Below are positions 30,598 to 40,129 of a stretch of DNA of 64,000 bases, piece after piece; within the stretch, counting starts at the first letter, position 1; each line of letters begins with the position of its first letter. A model generated the notes under the pieces. It did not search any database. It was not told where the DNA came from and was given only the letters and a program-made list of their open reading frames with translations. The DNA is taken from NCBI GenBank assembly GCA_002256395.1, contig NKJG01000002.1, forward strand, positions 209,098 to 273,097. The letters run 5' to 3'. The position numbers and the translations under genes are program-made. The DNA is from Bacteroidetes bacterium B1(2017) (lineage in GTDB: Bacteria; Bacteroidota; Bacteroidia; UKL13-3).

Positions 30598-31040
30598 TTA
30601 TAGTCATAATAGGTACTTTAAAAAGTATTATTTTTATGTTGATCCCAAAAAAATCCCAGCTTCAATACTTTTCATTTTGCTAGTTTTATAATAAATTGAA
30701 TTCCCCAAATAGCTATATTTTATTGGCTACTTCAGTTGCTTCGTGTAATAATGACATGACATATTATCATGAAAAAGTTGGCATTTACTTTGTATTATTT
30801 ACGTATCTGTGCGACATGACAGATTGCCTAAAACTACAGCTATACCAATGTAACTACATTATTTGAAAATTCATTTCCGGTTTGAAACCATTTTTTGCGA
30901 TTCCATGAATTTTCTAAATCCACATTATTTTTTTGTTTGACTCTTTGCATTTAATTGAAAATTTATGCAAATTCTCAAGCTATTAAATGGTTTTAATTTT
31001 TTGTCGCACAGTCTATTTTTAACAATAAATTTTAAATGAA

Positions 31041-32960
31041 ATGGAAATATCAACAATCTTAATAATTGCATCCGTATTATTATTAATTATTTTTTACAAA
31101 TTCACTTTTCGTGTATTCCTCGGAATAGTTATCGTTCCTGAGGATAAAATAGGTTTGGTTACAAAGAAATTTGTGCTTTTTGGGTCTAAAAAGGCACTTC
31201 CTGATGGGCGAATTTTAGCTCTTGAAGGTGAGGCAGGTTTTCAAGCTCAAACCTTGGCTCCTGGTATTTATTTTGCTAAATGGTTTTGGCAATATGAAAT
31301 TACCATGGAAGCACTTACAATTATTCCTGAAGGTAAAATTGGATTGTTTGTTGCAAAAGATGGTAATGAGTTACCTACCGGCCATATCCTTGCTCGAAAA
31401 ATAGAATGCGATAGCTTTCAAAGTGCTGTTATGTTCCTTCAAAATGGAGGATGTAAGGGGCGTCAAGCAGCATTTATTACCGCTGGTACCTATCGTATCA
31501 ACACCTTTTTATTTGATGTAATTGTGGTTGATATGACCATCATTCAAGAAAATATGGTGGGTATTGTTACAACCTTGGATGGACAACCAATTGAGGAGGG
31601 TAGCATAGCTGGTCGGCAAGTTCCCGAGCATAACAACTTCCAGGATGTTGGATCTTTTTTGGTTAACGGTGGTAATAAAGGACTACAACCACAAGTTATT
31701 CTTGCTGGGTCGTACTACCTCAACCCATGGTTTGTTCAAGTAGAACAAATAAAAATGACAGAAATTCCAATTGGTCATGTTGGGGTGGTTATTAGCTATG
31801 TGGGTAATGAAGGAAAAGACCTTAGTGGTGCTGAATTTAAACATGGTAACATTGTAACTAAAGGTGAAAAAGGCGTTTGGGCCGAACCTTTTGGCCCAGG
31901 TAAATACCCTGTGAACACCTATATTATGCGTGTTGAATTGGTACCAACCACAAACCTTGTTTTAAATTGGGCTAGTGCCAGAAGCGAATCTCATCAACTC
32001 GACAAGAATTTATCAACCATAACTGTGCGTTCAAAGGATGGTTTCCCATTCAATTTAGATGTTTCTCAAATTATCCATATACCAACCACTGAAGCACCTA
32101 AAGTTATTGCTCGTTTTGGTAATATGAACAATCTAGTGAGTCAGGTTCTTGAACCAACTATCGGAAACTACTTTAGAAACTCGGCTCAAGATAGCGATGT
32201 AATTGCATTCCTAGGTACTCGTAAGGAACGCCAGGAATCAGCAAAAATGCATATTGGAAGAGTTCTTGAACAATACAATGTAAATGGGGTAGATACTTTA
32301 ATAGGTGATATTGTTCCTCCAGAAAGTTTAATGAAAACTCTTACAGACCGTAAACTTGCCGAAGAACAAAATGTAACCTACGAAACTCAAAAGAAAGCTG
32401 AGCAAACTCGTCAAACACTTGAAAAAGAAACGGCGATTGCTGATATGCAAAAAGAAGTTGTTAAATCTGATCAGGGAGTTTGGATTGCTCAACGTGTAGC
32501 GGATGCTGCCGTTAAAAAAGCAGAAGGTGAGGCAACGAGTGTGAAAATTCAAGCTACTGCGGAAGCTGAACGTGTGAAGGTAATTTCTGGTGCAGATGCT
32601 GAACGTACCAAATTGATTGCAAATGCAGATGCTGAAAAAATTAAAGCCTTAGCAAATGCAGAGGCTCAAAAAATTGAAGTAGAAGGTAGGGCAGAAGCTG
32701 AGAAAATTTTGGCTATTGGTAAGTCAAACGCCGAATCGTATAAATTATCTGTAGAGGCTATGGGCGGAGATAATTTCACTAAATTAAAGGTAACCGAGGT
32801 AATTGGTACACAAGGGGTAAAAATCATCCCTGAGGTATTAATTACTGGGTCGGCTGGCGATGGTTCAAATGGTGCAATTAGCGGGCTTTTAGGCATGCAA
32901 CTTCTAGAAGATGTTATGGAAAAAAAACGCAAAGAAACTAAGGAAACCATTAAAGAATAA
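31041..32960 (+). CDS. Flotillin-like SPFH/band-7 membrane protein (YqiK/FloT family)
   Basis: 639 aa. It has an N-terminal TM, duplicated EDKIGLV/EGKIGLF YqiK-type N-repeats, an SPFH core, and an Ala/Glu/Lys-rich coiled-coil (AEKIKALANAEAQKIEVEGRAEAEKI). Confidence 0.75.
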   Translation: MEISTILIIASVLLLIIFYKFTFRVFLGIVIVPEDKIGLVTKKFVLFGSKKALPDGRILALEGEAGFQAQTLAPGIYFAKWFWQYEITMEALTIIPEGKIGLFVAKDGNELPTGHILARKIECDSFQSAVMFLQNGGCKGRQAAFITAGTYRINTFLFDVIVVDMTIIQENMVGIVTTLDGQPIEEGSIAGRQVPEHNNFQDVGSFLVNGGNKGLQPQVILAGSYYLNPWFVQVEQIKMTEIPIGHVGVVISYVGNEGKDLSGAEFKHGNIVTKGEKGVWAEPFGPGKYPVNTYIMRVELVPTTNLVLNWASARSESHQLDKNLSTITVRSKDGFPFNLDVSQIIHIPTTEAPKVIARFGNMNNLVSQVLEPTIGNYFRNSAQDSDVIAFLGTRKERQESAKMHIGRVLEQYNVNGVDTLIGDIVPPESLMKTLTDRKLAEEQNVTYETQKKAEQTRQTLEKETAIADMQKEVVKSDQGVWIAQRVADAAVKKAEGEATSVKIQATAEAERVKVISGADAERTKLIANADAEKIKALANAEAQKIEVEGRAEAEKILAIGKSNAESYKLSVEAMGGDNFTKLKVTEVIGTQGVKIIPEVLITGSAGDGSNGAISGLLGMQLLEDVMEKKRKETKETIKE

Positions 32961-34116
32961 TCTGCCATTGAAATCAATTATTCCCTATCATGAGGTTTTG
33001 TTTTACGGTATAGTGCTCGTATGGGGATTATTGCGGTACCATTATTTTAAAAGTAAAAATGATGACTATGCGGAAAGTTGGGATGTTCCCAACTTTCCGC
33101 AATACGATACCTTGTTGCAAAATAAGAATCCTTATTACGCAAAGTTATCTATGCCAGGTAAACTTAAATTTATCTCCAGAATTCGATTGATTAGGGAAGA
33201 ATTGGAGTTTCAAGGGAGGGAGGATTTTGAAATAACAGAAGAAGTAAAAGTATTACTTTGTGCTAGCATCACTCAACTTACTTTTGGATTTAATTCACCT
33301 ACAATTCCCATGTTAAAAGGTGTAGTGGTTTTTCCTTCCATATTTTATAGCAGGTTAACAGAGGCTTGGGTTAAAGGTTTAGCAATGGGAAATGGTGTTG
33401 TATTTCTTAGCTGGGACGATTTCATAAATGGTTATAAAGATTCAAGTGAAACCTATAACTTAGGACTACATGAATTTGCACATATCCTACGATTACAGGC
33501 TTTGGAATCTGGCTTTTCGGATGAGCGATTAAGCATGTATTTTGAAGATTGGGAAGAAAATGGAACCGATGCCTTTGAAGATATTAGAGAAGGTTCACAA
33601 GAGTTTTTCAGGGAGTATGGCGGAACCAATAAAGCAGAGTTTTTTTCAGTTTGTATCGAGAACTTCTTTGAAGTTCCTCAGAAATTTGAAGAAAAATTGC
33701 CGGATGTATATTGGCATTTATGTTACTTAATGAAACAAAACCCACTTAATTACACGGAAGATTTTAATTTCGACAGACAGGATGCCCAACTTGCTAATGA
33801 AGAAGTACAAGAAAAAATACCCGAATACGATGTACTAAACTCAAAGTTTGAATATAATTTGTGGCAGTTTTTTGGTTCCTTTTGGTTTATTTGGCTCATG
33901 CTGATTCTAATTTTCCAAAACTTTATTTCCTCAGATGGAACTCCTGTTTGGGCTAGGATGAGCCTAATTTGCGTTGTTATTGGCCTTGTTGTAAGAATTC
34001 AATACTACCAAAATTTTAGGGCAATTCAAGATAGAGAATATTTGTATCATCTCTTCCTTCGAGTAATTCCAGTTTCAATTGGTATTTCCTTATTCTACCA
34101 GGTTTTTTTTAGTTAA
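32911..34116 (+). CDS. MtfA-like zinc-dependent peptidase (M90/DUF980) with C-terminal TM segments
   Basis: It has the HEFAHIL zinc motif and downstream conserved Glu residues. The annotated ATG overlaps the flotillin gene by 50 nt, so the true start may be an in-frame TTG/GTG just after 32960, or the ATG at 33151. Confidence 0.5.
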   Translation: MLWKKNAKKLRKPLKNNLPLKSIIPYHEVLFYGIVLVWGLLRYHYFKSKNDDYAESWDVPNFPQYDTLLQNKNPYYAKLSMPGKLKFISRIRLIREELEFQGREDFEITEEVKVLLCASITQLTFGFNSPTIPMLKGVVVFPSIFYSRLTEAWVKGLAMGNGVVFLSWDDFINGYKDSSETYNLGLHEFAHILRLQALESGFSDERLSMYFEDWEENGTDAFEDIREGSQEFFREYGGTNKAEFFSVCIENFFEVPQKFEEKLPDVYWHLCYLMKQNPLNYTEDFNFDRQDAQLANEEVQEKIPEYDVLNSKFEYNLWQFFGSFWFIWLMLILIFQNFISSDGTPVWARMSLICVVIGLVVRIQYYQNFRAIQDREYLYHLFLRVIPVSIGISLFYQVFFS

Positions 34117-34130
34117 TTAATTCATTTTTT

Positions 34131-34688
34131 ATGGAAACCAAACCTATCCAAATTATAGAAACTGAAAGGCTAAAACTCAAGGTGGTTGATGCAAACATTT
34201 ATGAACACGTTTTAAAAAACTACACCGATGCAGAAATTGCTCAGTTTTTTGGCCATCAAAACGAAATAGAAATAGAAACTGAAAAAAATAGGTTAAAAAA
34301 TGGGATTCAAACCCATAGTAAAACGATTCTACTATTTTATTTGGAGGAGAAAATTAGCGCTAAGGTTTTTGCCTGGTGCGGTTACCATACCTGGTATTTT
34401 AATCATAATAGGGCAGAGCTAGGTTATTCTCATTTTGGTGACGATTTTAAACAAAAAGGTTATATGAAAGAAGCCTTACCATTCATTATTAAATATGGGT
34501 TTGAACAAATGAAACTTCATAGAATTGAAGCTATGATTAGTCCTCTAAATACTCCTTCCCTTAAATTAATTCATCAAAATAATTTTAAATATGAAGGTCT
34601 AATGCGAGAACACTATCTTAAAAATGAAGTATATGAGGACTCAGCTGTATATTCATTATTAAAGTCGGAATGGGATGGTTTAAACTAA
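34131..34688 (+). CDS. GNAT-family N-acetyltransferase (RimJ/RimL-like)
   Basis: 185 aa with a GNAT-fold pattern (..ISPLNTPSLKLIHQNNFKYEG..). Confidence 0.6.
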   Translation: METKPIQIIETERLKLKVVDANIYEHVLKNYTDAEIAQFFGHQNEIEIETEKNRLKNGIQTHSKTILLFYLEEKISAKVFAWCGYHTWYFNHNRAELGYSHFGDDFKQKGYMKEALPFIIKYGFEQMKLHRIEAMISPLNTPSLKLIHQNNFKYEGLMREHYLKNEVYEDSAVYSLLKSEWDGLN

Positions 34689-34704
34689 AAATAATTATTA
34701 ATAC

Positions 34705-35451
34705 ATGTGCTATCATGCTTCTGTAGGTGCTACTTATAAACAATTAGAAATGGAATACGAACGGCCTTTTGAGGGCGATTTTCCAAGCTTTTCAAGCATT
34801 AATGAGGTGGTTGGTTATCATTTAAATGGGTTTGATTTCCCCAATTTTCCAGTAATTACCTCCGAAAAACCAAACTCAATCCAGTTTCATAAATGGGGCT
34901 TAATTCCTGCTTGGATAAGTAATTTTGAACAAGCAAATACATTTAGAGTAAATACATTAAATGCAAAAACCGAAACCATTTTTGAAAAACCTTCTTTCAA
35001 AAACTCCATTCTCAATAAAAGATGTTTAATTCCTGCCACTGGATTTTTTGAATGGAAACAAGAACTAGATAAAAGCAAAACACCTTACTACATTCATTTA
35101 AAGGATCAATCCATTTTTTCGTTTGCTGGTATTTTTGACTATTGGTTCAATCCAGCAGAAAATAGTACTTATAAAACGTTTTCAATTCTTACTATGCCTG
35201 CCAACCCATTAATGGAAACGATTCACAATACAAAAAAAAGAATGCCACTAATTCTAACAAAAGAACAGGAATCAGTTTGGGTAAATTTAAAAAGTACAAA
35301 GGAAGATATTCAGGCATGCTTTCTAGGTGAATTAAATTATAAGCTAGAAGCTTATACCATTTCTAAACTTATCAGCTCTAAGAAGCATCCAAGTAATGTG
35401 GCAGAGGTACTAAAACCCTACTCGTACATAAAGCCCGACTTATTTACATAA
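34705..35451 (+). CDS. SOS-response-associated peptidase (SRAP/YedK, abasic-site processing protein)
   Basis: 248 aa. It starts MCYHA.., placing the catalytic Cys2 immediately after Met, with the conserved SRAP core. Confidence 0.7.
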   Translation: MCYHASVGATYKQLEMEYERPFEGDFPSFSSINEVVGYHLNGFDFPNFPVITSEKPNSIQFHKWGLIPAWISNFEQANTFRVNTLNAKTETIFEKPSFKNSILNKRCLIPATGFFEWKQELDKSKTPYYIHLKDQSIFSFAGIFDYWFNPAENSTYKTFSILTMPANPLMETIHNTKKRMPLILTKEQESVWVNLKSTKEDIQACFLGELNYKLEAYTISKLISSKKHPSNVAEVLKPYSYIKPDLFT

Positions 35452-35454
35452 AAA

Positions 35455-35487
35455 AAGCTGCTCAAATATTGAGCAGCTTTTTTTTTA
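35455..35487. terminator. Bidirectional Rho-independent terminator between the SRAP and ferredoxin genes
   Basis: Perfect 11-bp stem aagctgctcaa/ttgagcagctt with loop atat. It is flanked by A- and T-runs. Confidence 0.65.
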
Positions 35488-35829
35488 AATGTGCATTCTG
35501 TTTTTCTTTTCCAAAAGTGCTTCTTGTGTTTCAACAACATCTGGATCAGGAACGCAGCAGTCAACAGGACAAACTGCAGCACATTGTGGTTCCTCATGGA
35601 AGCCAACACATTCAGTACATTTGCTGCTTACAATAAAGTAAGTATCTTCAGACTTAGGTGCAAAACGCTTACTTACGTCAATGGTTTCTCCATCAACAGA
35701 AATGGTTCCGCTAAGATTGTTTCCGTCTGCCCATGCCCATTCGGCACCAGCTTCATAAATTGCGTTATTCGGACATTCAGGTTCGCATGCTCCGCAATTG
35801 ATGCATTCATCAGTGATTATGATTGCCAT
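35485..35829 (-). CDS. 2x[4Fe-4S] ferredoxin
   Basis: 114 aa with two Cys clusters ([12 protein letters not shown] and [22 protein letters not shown]). Confidence 0.8.
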   Translation of the reverse strand: MAIIITDECINCGACEPECPNNAIYEAGAEWAWADGNNLSGTISVDGETIDVSKRFAPKSEDTYFIVSSKCTECVGFHEEPQCAAVCPVDCCVPDPDVVETQEALLEKKNRMHI

Positions 35830-35913
35830 ATTTCTAAAATTTTTATAGGATGATAACTACTGCAAGTTTAGTTTTGTTGGCGCTTTCAAAAAAATAGAAT
35901 TAGTCTAAATTAT

Positions 35914-36927
35914 ATGAATTATTCACAAAGAGTAGAGTTGTTTTCAAAATTAGGAGACAAACTCCTTCAATTAAATTCGGAATCGCCTCTATTACAGCAG
36001 GCTTACATCTACAACAATTGGTTCACCCTAGATATGCAAATTAGGGCCCTTCATGCTTGGGGATGCCTTTTAAATGAAAAAAATATTGGAAAATGGTTAG
36101 ACCACTACCAATTAATTGAACCAAATGAGCCTAAGACCGTCGCAATTATCATGGCGGGCAATATTCCTTTGGTAGGTTTTCATGATTTACTCTGCGTTTT
36201 AATAACAGGAAATAGAGCCCTTATTAAACCAAGTAGCGACGATACCAAATTAATAGGATGGGTTATTGAACAAATTCTTGAATTATCTCCTGAAATGAAA
36301 TCCTATATTAGGATGGCAGAGGACTATCAATTAAAAAACTTCGATGCCGTAATTGCCACTGGTAGCAATAATAGCAATAGGTATTTTGAGTATTATTTTA
36401 AAGATAAATCAAGTTTACTTAGAAAAAACAGAAAAAGTCTGGCTATTTTAACTGGAAATGAAAGTTCAGAGGACCTTGATAATTTAGCGGATGACGTGTT
36501 TTTGTATTTTGGTTTAGGGTGCAGAAATGTATCCAAATTACTGGTTCCAAAAGGCTACAATTTAGAACCTATGTTCTTAGCTTTTGAGCGTTACAAAGAC
36601 ATAATTAACCATAATAAATACGCTAATAATTATACCTACCATAAGGCCTTGTTCCTAATGAATCAGGACCCTCATTTAGACAATGGCTTTTTAATTGTTA
36701 GGCAAGATGATGCTTTAGCGTCGCCTTTAAGTGTATTAATGTTCCAGATTTATGAAAACCAAAATGATATTGATGCGTTCTTAAAATTGCATGAGGAAAA
36801 CATTCAATGCACCGTTGGTTTGCCACAATTTGGAGGGAATGTTCCTTTTGGAAAATCTCAACAACCAGAACTATGGGACTATGCTGATGGAATTGACACA
36901 ATTGAATTCCTAAAAGGATTGAATTAG
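35914..36927 (+). CDS. Acyl-CoA reductase, LuxC-like
   Basis: 337 aa. Family-level similarity only (..IIMAGNIPLVGFHDLLCVLITGNRALIKPSS..). Confidence 0.4.
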   Translation: MNYSQRVELFSKLGDKLLQLNSESPLLQQAYIYNNWFTLDMQIRALHAWGCLLNEKNIGKWLDHYQLIEPNEPKTVAIIMAGNIPLVGFHDLLCVLITGNRALIKPSSDDTKLIGWVIEQILELSPEMKSYIRMAEDYQLKNFDAVIATGSNNSNRYFEYYFKDKSSLLRKNRKSLAILTGNESSEDLDNLADDVFLYFGLGCRNVSKLLVPKGYNLEPMFLAFERYKDIINHNKYANNYTYHKALFLMNQDPHLDNGFLIVRQDDALASPLSVLMFQIYENQNDIDAFLKLHEENIQCTVGLPQFGGNVPFGKSQQPELWDYADGIDTIEFLKGLN

Positions 36928-36948
36928 GTGTTAGATAAGCAGAAACCT

Positions 36949-37962
36949 TTAAAAGAAAGTAGATCTTTTAAAGGTTTCCTCTAATACATTTGCAGCAGCA
37001 ATTTCCATTGGATTATGTCTATCCAACAAAGGATTTATTTCGGTTATCTCGAACGAAAATAGGTTTGGTATACTTAAGAAACCACTTAATAATTCAACTG
37101 CTTCATCTCTCGATAATCCATCATGAACAGGTGTGCCTGTGCCCGAAGAAATAGAAGGGTCCATACTATCAACATCAAAGGATACAAGGATGTGATGGCA
37201 ATGCGACAGATGTTCTAAGGTCTCTTGGAGGATTCCTTTTATGCCTAAATCTTTTCTATTAGCAGGTAAGAAATGCTTTATTTCTAATTCTTTAATTTCA
37301 TTAGTTTCCTCAACCTCCAAATCCCTAATATCAATAAAAACTAAATCTTTGGGATTAAGTTTTGGTGCAATTTTTTTCGACCCCAATTCAATCATTTCTT
37401 TCCATAGTGATTGAACTTGTTTATCAACTTTGTTATGCGAATTTTTATTATTGGTAATTCCTAGGGCAGCTGCCAATGGCATCCCATGCATGTTTCCACT
37501 TGGCGAGGTATAAGGTGTATGAATATCTGCATGGGCATCAATCCATATAACACCCAAATTGTTTTTTGGATAAAGATTTTTATAGGCACTTATGGCTGCA
37601 AGTCCATTGCTATGGTCGCCAGAAATAATCCAAGGCCTGAAACCATCCACTACGGCTTTTTCAATTGCTTCAATTGCTCTATTTTCTACCTCTAAAATGG
37701 ATTCAATATGCAAGGCAAATTCATGATGCTCTTCTTCTGCAATTTCAGATGAACTAATAATATCAATAGGAATGTTTTCTAGTAACTGTTTGGGTAATTC
37801 TTTAAGTAGAGCCTGAGGTCCAAGTTTAGCACCTTTTTTTCCTGCTCCAAAATCAGATTCAATGGTTATTATTTTTACATTATTCACAAAACCTCCGTAG
37901 GATGGTGTTCGGCAAATATAGCTTTTTGCTCGAGGCGAACAAATTGAATGTAAAGTGAACAA
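36949..37962 (-). CDS. Arginase-family hydrolase, likely agmatinase (speB-like)
   Basis: 337 aa with the binuclear-Mn motifs GGDHS (ISGDHSNG), DAHADIHT and the SFDVD signature. It is divergent from the arginine-decarboxylase-like gene. Confidence 0.6.
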   Translation of the reverse strand: MFTLHSICSPRAKSYICRTPSYGGFVNNVKIITIESDFGAGKKGAKLGPQALLKELPKQLLENIPIDIISSSEIAEEEHHEFALHIESILEVENRAIEAIEKAVVDGFRPWIISGDHSNGLAAISAYKNLYPKNNLGVIWIDAHADIHTPYTSPSGNMHGMPLAAALGITNNKNSHNKVDKQVQSLWKEMIELGSKKIAPKLNPKDLVFIDIRDLEVEETNEIKELEIKHFLPANRKDLGIKGILQETLEHLSHCHHILVSFDVDSMDPSISSGTGTPVHDGLSRDEAVELLSGFLSIPNLFSFEITEINPLLDRHNPMEIAAANVLEETFKRSTFF

Positions 37963-38036
37963 AAAAATGCCAATTCATAATTAATTTATGTGTAGAAACC
38001 TTTTGCTTTCATTAAAATTGCACAAATATTTAGAAA

Positions 38037-39443
38037 TTGAGCAATTTACATATCAAAAACAAGTACACAGATCTAATCCATCAAACCTTTTTCTTTCCTA
38101 GGCATGGATTTGATGTGGCAAATAACCAATTAGAGTTTCATGGAATAAACCTAATGGAACTTATTGAAAAATATGGCACACCTCTTAAGTTTACCTATTT
38201 GCCTAAAATTGATTCTCAGATTGAAAAGGCGAGAGACTTGTTTAAATTGGCTTTTGAAAAATATGAATACAATGCCAATTACAATTATTGTTATTGTACT
38301 AAAAGTTCCCATTTTAGCTTCGTTCTGAACCAAGTTTTAAAAAATGGGGTGGATTTAGAAACAAGCTCTGCGTTTGATTTATCAATTATTGAACGATTGG
38401 CACAAGCGAATAAATTCGATAAAAAGCAATTCATCATTTGCAATGGATATAAAACGGAGCAATATGCCACTAATATGGCAAAATTGGTCAATAATGGATT
38501 CGAAAATTTAGTTTGTGTTCTTGATAATATTGACGAATTTGAATTATTAAATAACCATACAAGCAGAGAAACAAAATTAGGAATTCGAATTGCAACAGAA
38601 GAAGAACCCAATTTCCTTGTTTATACCTCAAGACTTGGCATGAGTCACAAAAAAATTCTTGATTTATACCAAGAGAAAATAAAAGGACATCCAAATTTTA
38701 AATTAAAACTTCTACATTTCTTCGTTAATTCAGGAATCAGGGATACCACTTATTTTTGGAGTGAATTAGCACGTTTGGTAAATGTTTATTGTGATGTTAA
38801 GGAGGTTTGTGATGACCTTGATACTTTAGATATTGGAGGTGGTATGCCAATATACACATCATTAGGTGTAGAATATGATTATGCCTATATGATAGACCAA
38901 ATTGTATATTATATTAAGGCCATTTGTGATAATAGAAAAGTTCCAGTACCCAATATTTTTACTGAATTTGGCTCTTTTACGGTTGGTGAAAGTGGGGGTA
39001 TGTTATATTCAATAATTGGCCAAAAAGAGCAAAATGATAAAGAGTTGTGGTATATGATAAATAGCTCATTTATAACAACTTTGCCTGATACTTGGGGTAT
39101 TGGTCAAAAGTTTATAATGCTTGCCGTAAACAATTGGGATAAAGAATTTCAACGAATAAACTTAGGTGGACTAACCTGCGATAGCCAAGATTTCTACAAT
39201 TCGGATACAAATACGAACCAGGTGTTTATGCCAAAAATTGATTCGAATGAAACCTTACATATGGGATTCTTCCATACTGGAGCCTACCAGGAAAGTTTGG
39301 GTGGTTACGGTGGTATTCAACATTGCTTGATTCCAGCCCCAAAGCACATTTTAATAGATAGGGATGAGGCAGGTAATTTAAGTTATGAGGTGTTTGCCCA
39401 AGAGCAAAAAGAAGAAACTATGTTAAATATTTTAGGGTATTAG
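38037..39443 (+). CDS. Orn/DAP/Arg decarboxylase family 2 enzyme, likely biosynthetic arginine decarboxylase (SpeA-like)
   Basis: 468 aa. It has a fold-III PLP decarboxylase pattern (..LDIGGGMPI.., ..GLTCDSQD.., ..HTGAYQESLGG..). It is paired with the agmatinase-like gene. Confidence 0.55.
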   Translation: MSNLHIKNKYTDLIHQTFFFPRHGFDVANNQLEFHGINLMELIEKYGTPLKFTYLPKIDSQIEKARDLFKLAFEKYEYNANYNYCYCTKSSHFSFVLNQVLKNGVDLETSSAFDLSIIERLAQANKFDKKQFIICNGYKTEQYATNMAKLVNNGFENLVCVLDNIDEFELLNNHTSRETKLGIRIATEEEPNFLVYTSRLGMSHKKILDLYQEKIKGHPNFKLKLLHFFVNSGIRDTTYFWSELARLVNVYCDVKEVCDDLDTLDIGGGMPIYTSLGVEYDYAYMIDQIVYYIKAICDNRKVPVPNIFTEFGSFTVGESGGMLYSIIGQKEQNDKELWYMINSSFITTLPDTWGIGQKFIMLAVNNWDKEFQRINLGGLTCDSQDFYNSDTNTNQVFMPKIDSNETLHMGFFHTGAYQESLGGYGGIQHCLIPAPKHILIDRDEAGNLSYEVFAQEQKEETMLNILGY

Positions 39444-39488
39444 TTTGCAAAAAGCAGAAAAGGTATATATTTGCACAAAATTAAAATT

Positions 39489-39626
39489 ATGGCAACTACT
39501 CGTTTGAAAAGAAAAGGAAGAAGAAATAAAGTATCATCTGTCCTACGTAAAATAGGTATTAAAGTAAACACTCAATTGGTGAAAATTAAATCGCCAAATG
39601 CAGAACGTACTGTAATTATCGATTAA
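39489..39626 (+). CDS. Small basic protein (45 aa), possibly DUF4295-like
   Basis: ATG at 39489 gives MATTRLKRKGRRNKVSSVLRKIGIKVNTQLVKIKSPNAERTVIID. A strong terminator follows. It is below the ORF-track length cutoff. Confidence 0.3.
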   Translation: MATTRLKRKGRRNKVSSVLRKIGIKVNTQLVKIKSPNAERTVIID

Positions 39627-39650
39627 TTTTTTCTGAAAAAATTTAAAAAA

Positions 39651-39677
39651 GCTCTGGAGAAATCCAGGGCTTTTTTT
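39651..39677 (+). terminator. Rho-independent terminator
   Basis: Stem gctctgga/tccagggc with one G-U pair and loop gaaa, followed by TTTTTTT. Confidence 0.6.
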
Positions 39678-39727
39678 GTGCCATTAGCAAAAAAAAATGG
39701 ATGATATTACTGAATATCATCCATTTG

Positions 39728-39811
39728 TGCCGTGGAGGAGACTCGAACTCCCAAGCCCTTGCGAGCACCACCCCCTCAAGATGGCGTGTCTACCAATTTC
39801 ACCACCACGGC
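39728..39811 (-). tRNA. tRNA-Leu (anticodon GAG)
   Basis: Reverse complement folds as GCCGTGG-TG-GTGA..TAGA-CAC-G-CCATC-TTGAGGG-GGTGG-[long variable arm TGCTCGCAAGGGCTT]-GGGAG-TTCGAGT-CTCCT-CCACGGC-A. This is a class II tRNA with a 7-bp acceptor stem and GAG at positions 34-36. CCA is not encoded. Confidence 0.85.
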
Positions 39812-39859
39812 AAAGGGATTCAAATATGACTTAAAATACTGAAATTGCCAAAAGAAAAC

Positions 39860-40012
39860 CTACCTAAATACAGATTTAACAGGCGATAAGACAGCAGATA
39901 CTCCATCTACCAATCCCTCAAAACCATCTACAACCGTTTGAAAATCGGTTACAAAGATTACGATAATGAAAGTAATCAGGGCAATAAAGAAAAATCGGAT
40001 TAATTGATTCAC
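39860..40012 (-). CDS. Putative 50-aa single-TM protein (GTG start)
   Basis: My own translation gives V/MNQLIRFFFIALITFIIVIFVTDFQTVVDGFEGLVDGVSAVLSPVKSVFR. It could be spurious. Confidence 0.2.
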   Translation of the reverse strand: MNQLIRFFFIALITFIIVIFVTDFQTVVDGFEGLVDGVSAVLSPVKSVFR

Positions 40013-40129
40013 TCTAATTCAATTTAATACTCAAAAATAGAACTTTTAAATAGCAATAAACCAAAGTATGTTCAAACATTTTCCCCAATCCTAAAGATTA
40101 TTTCTATTTTAGTAAACTAATTTAGGTTC

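Noticed and set aside
35491-35853. 120-aa plus-strand ORF
   Set aside because: It is the exact antisense of the 2x[4Fe-4S] ferredoxin gene, whose Cys motifs are unambiguous.
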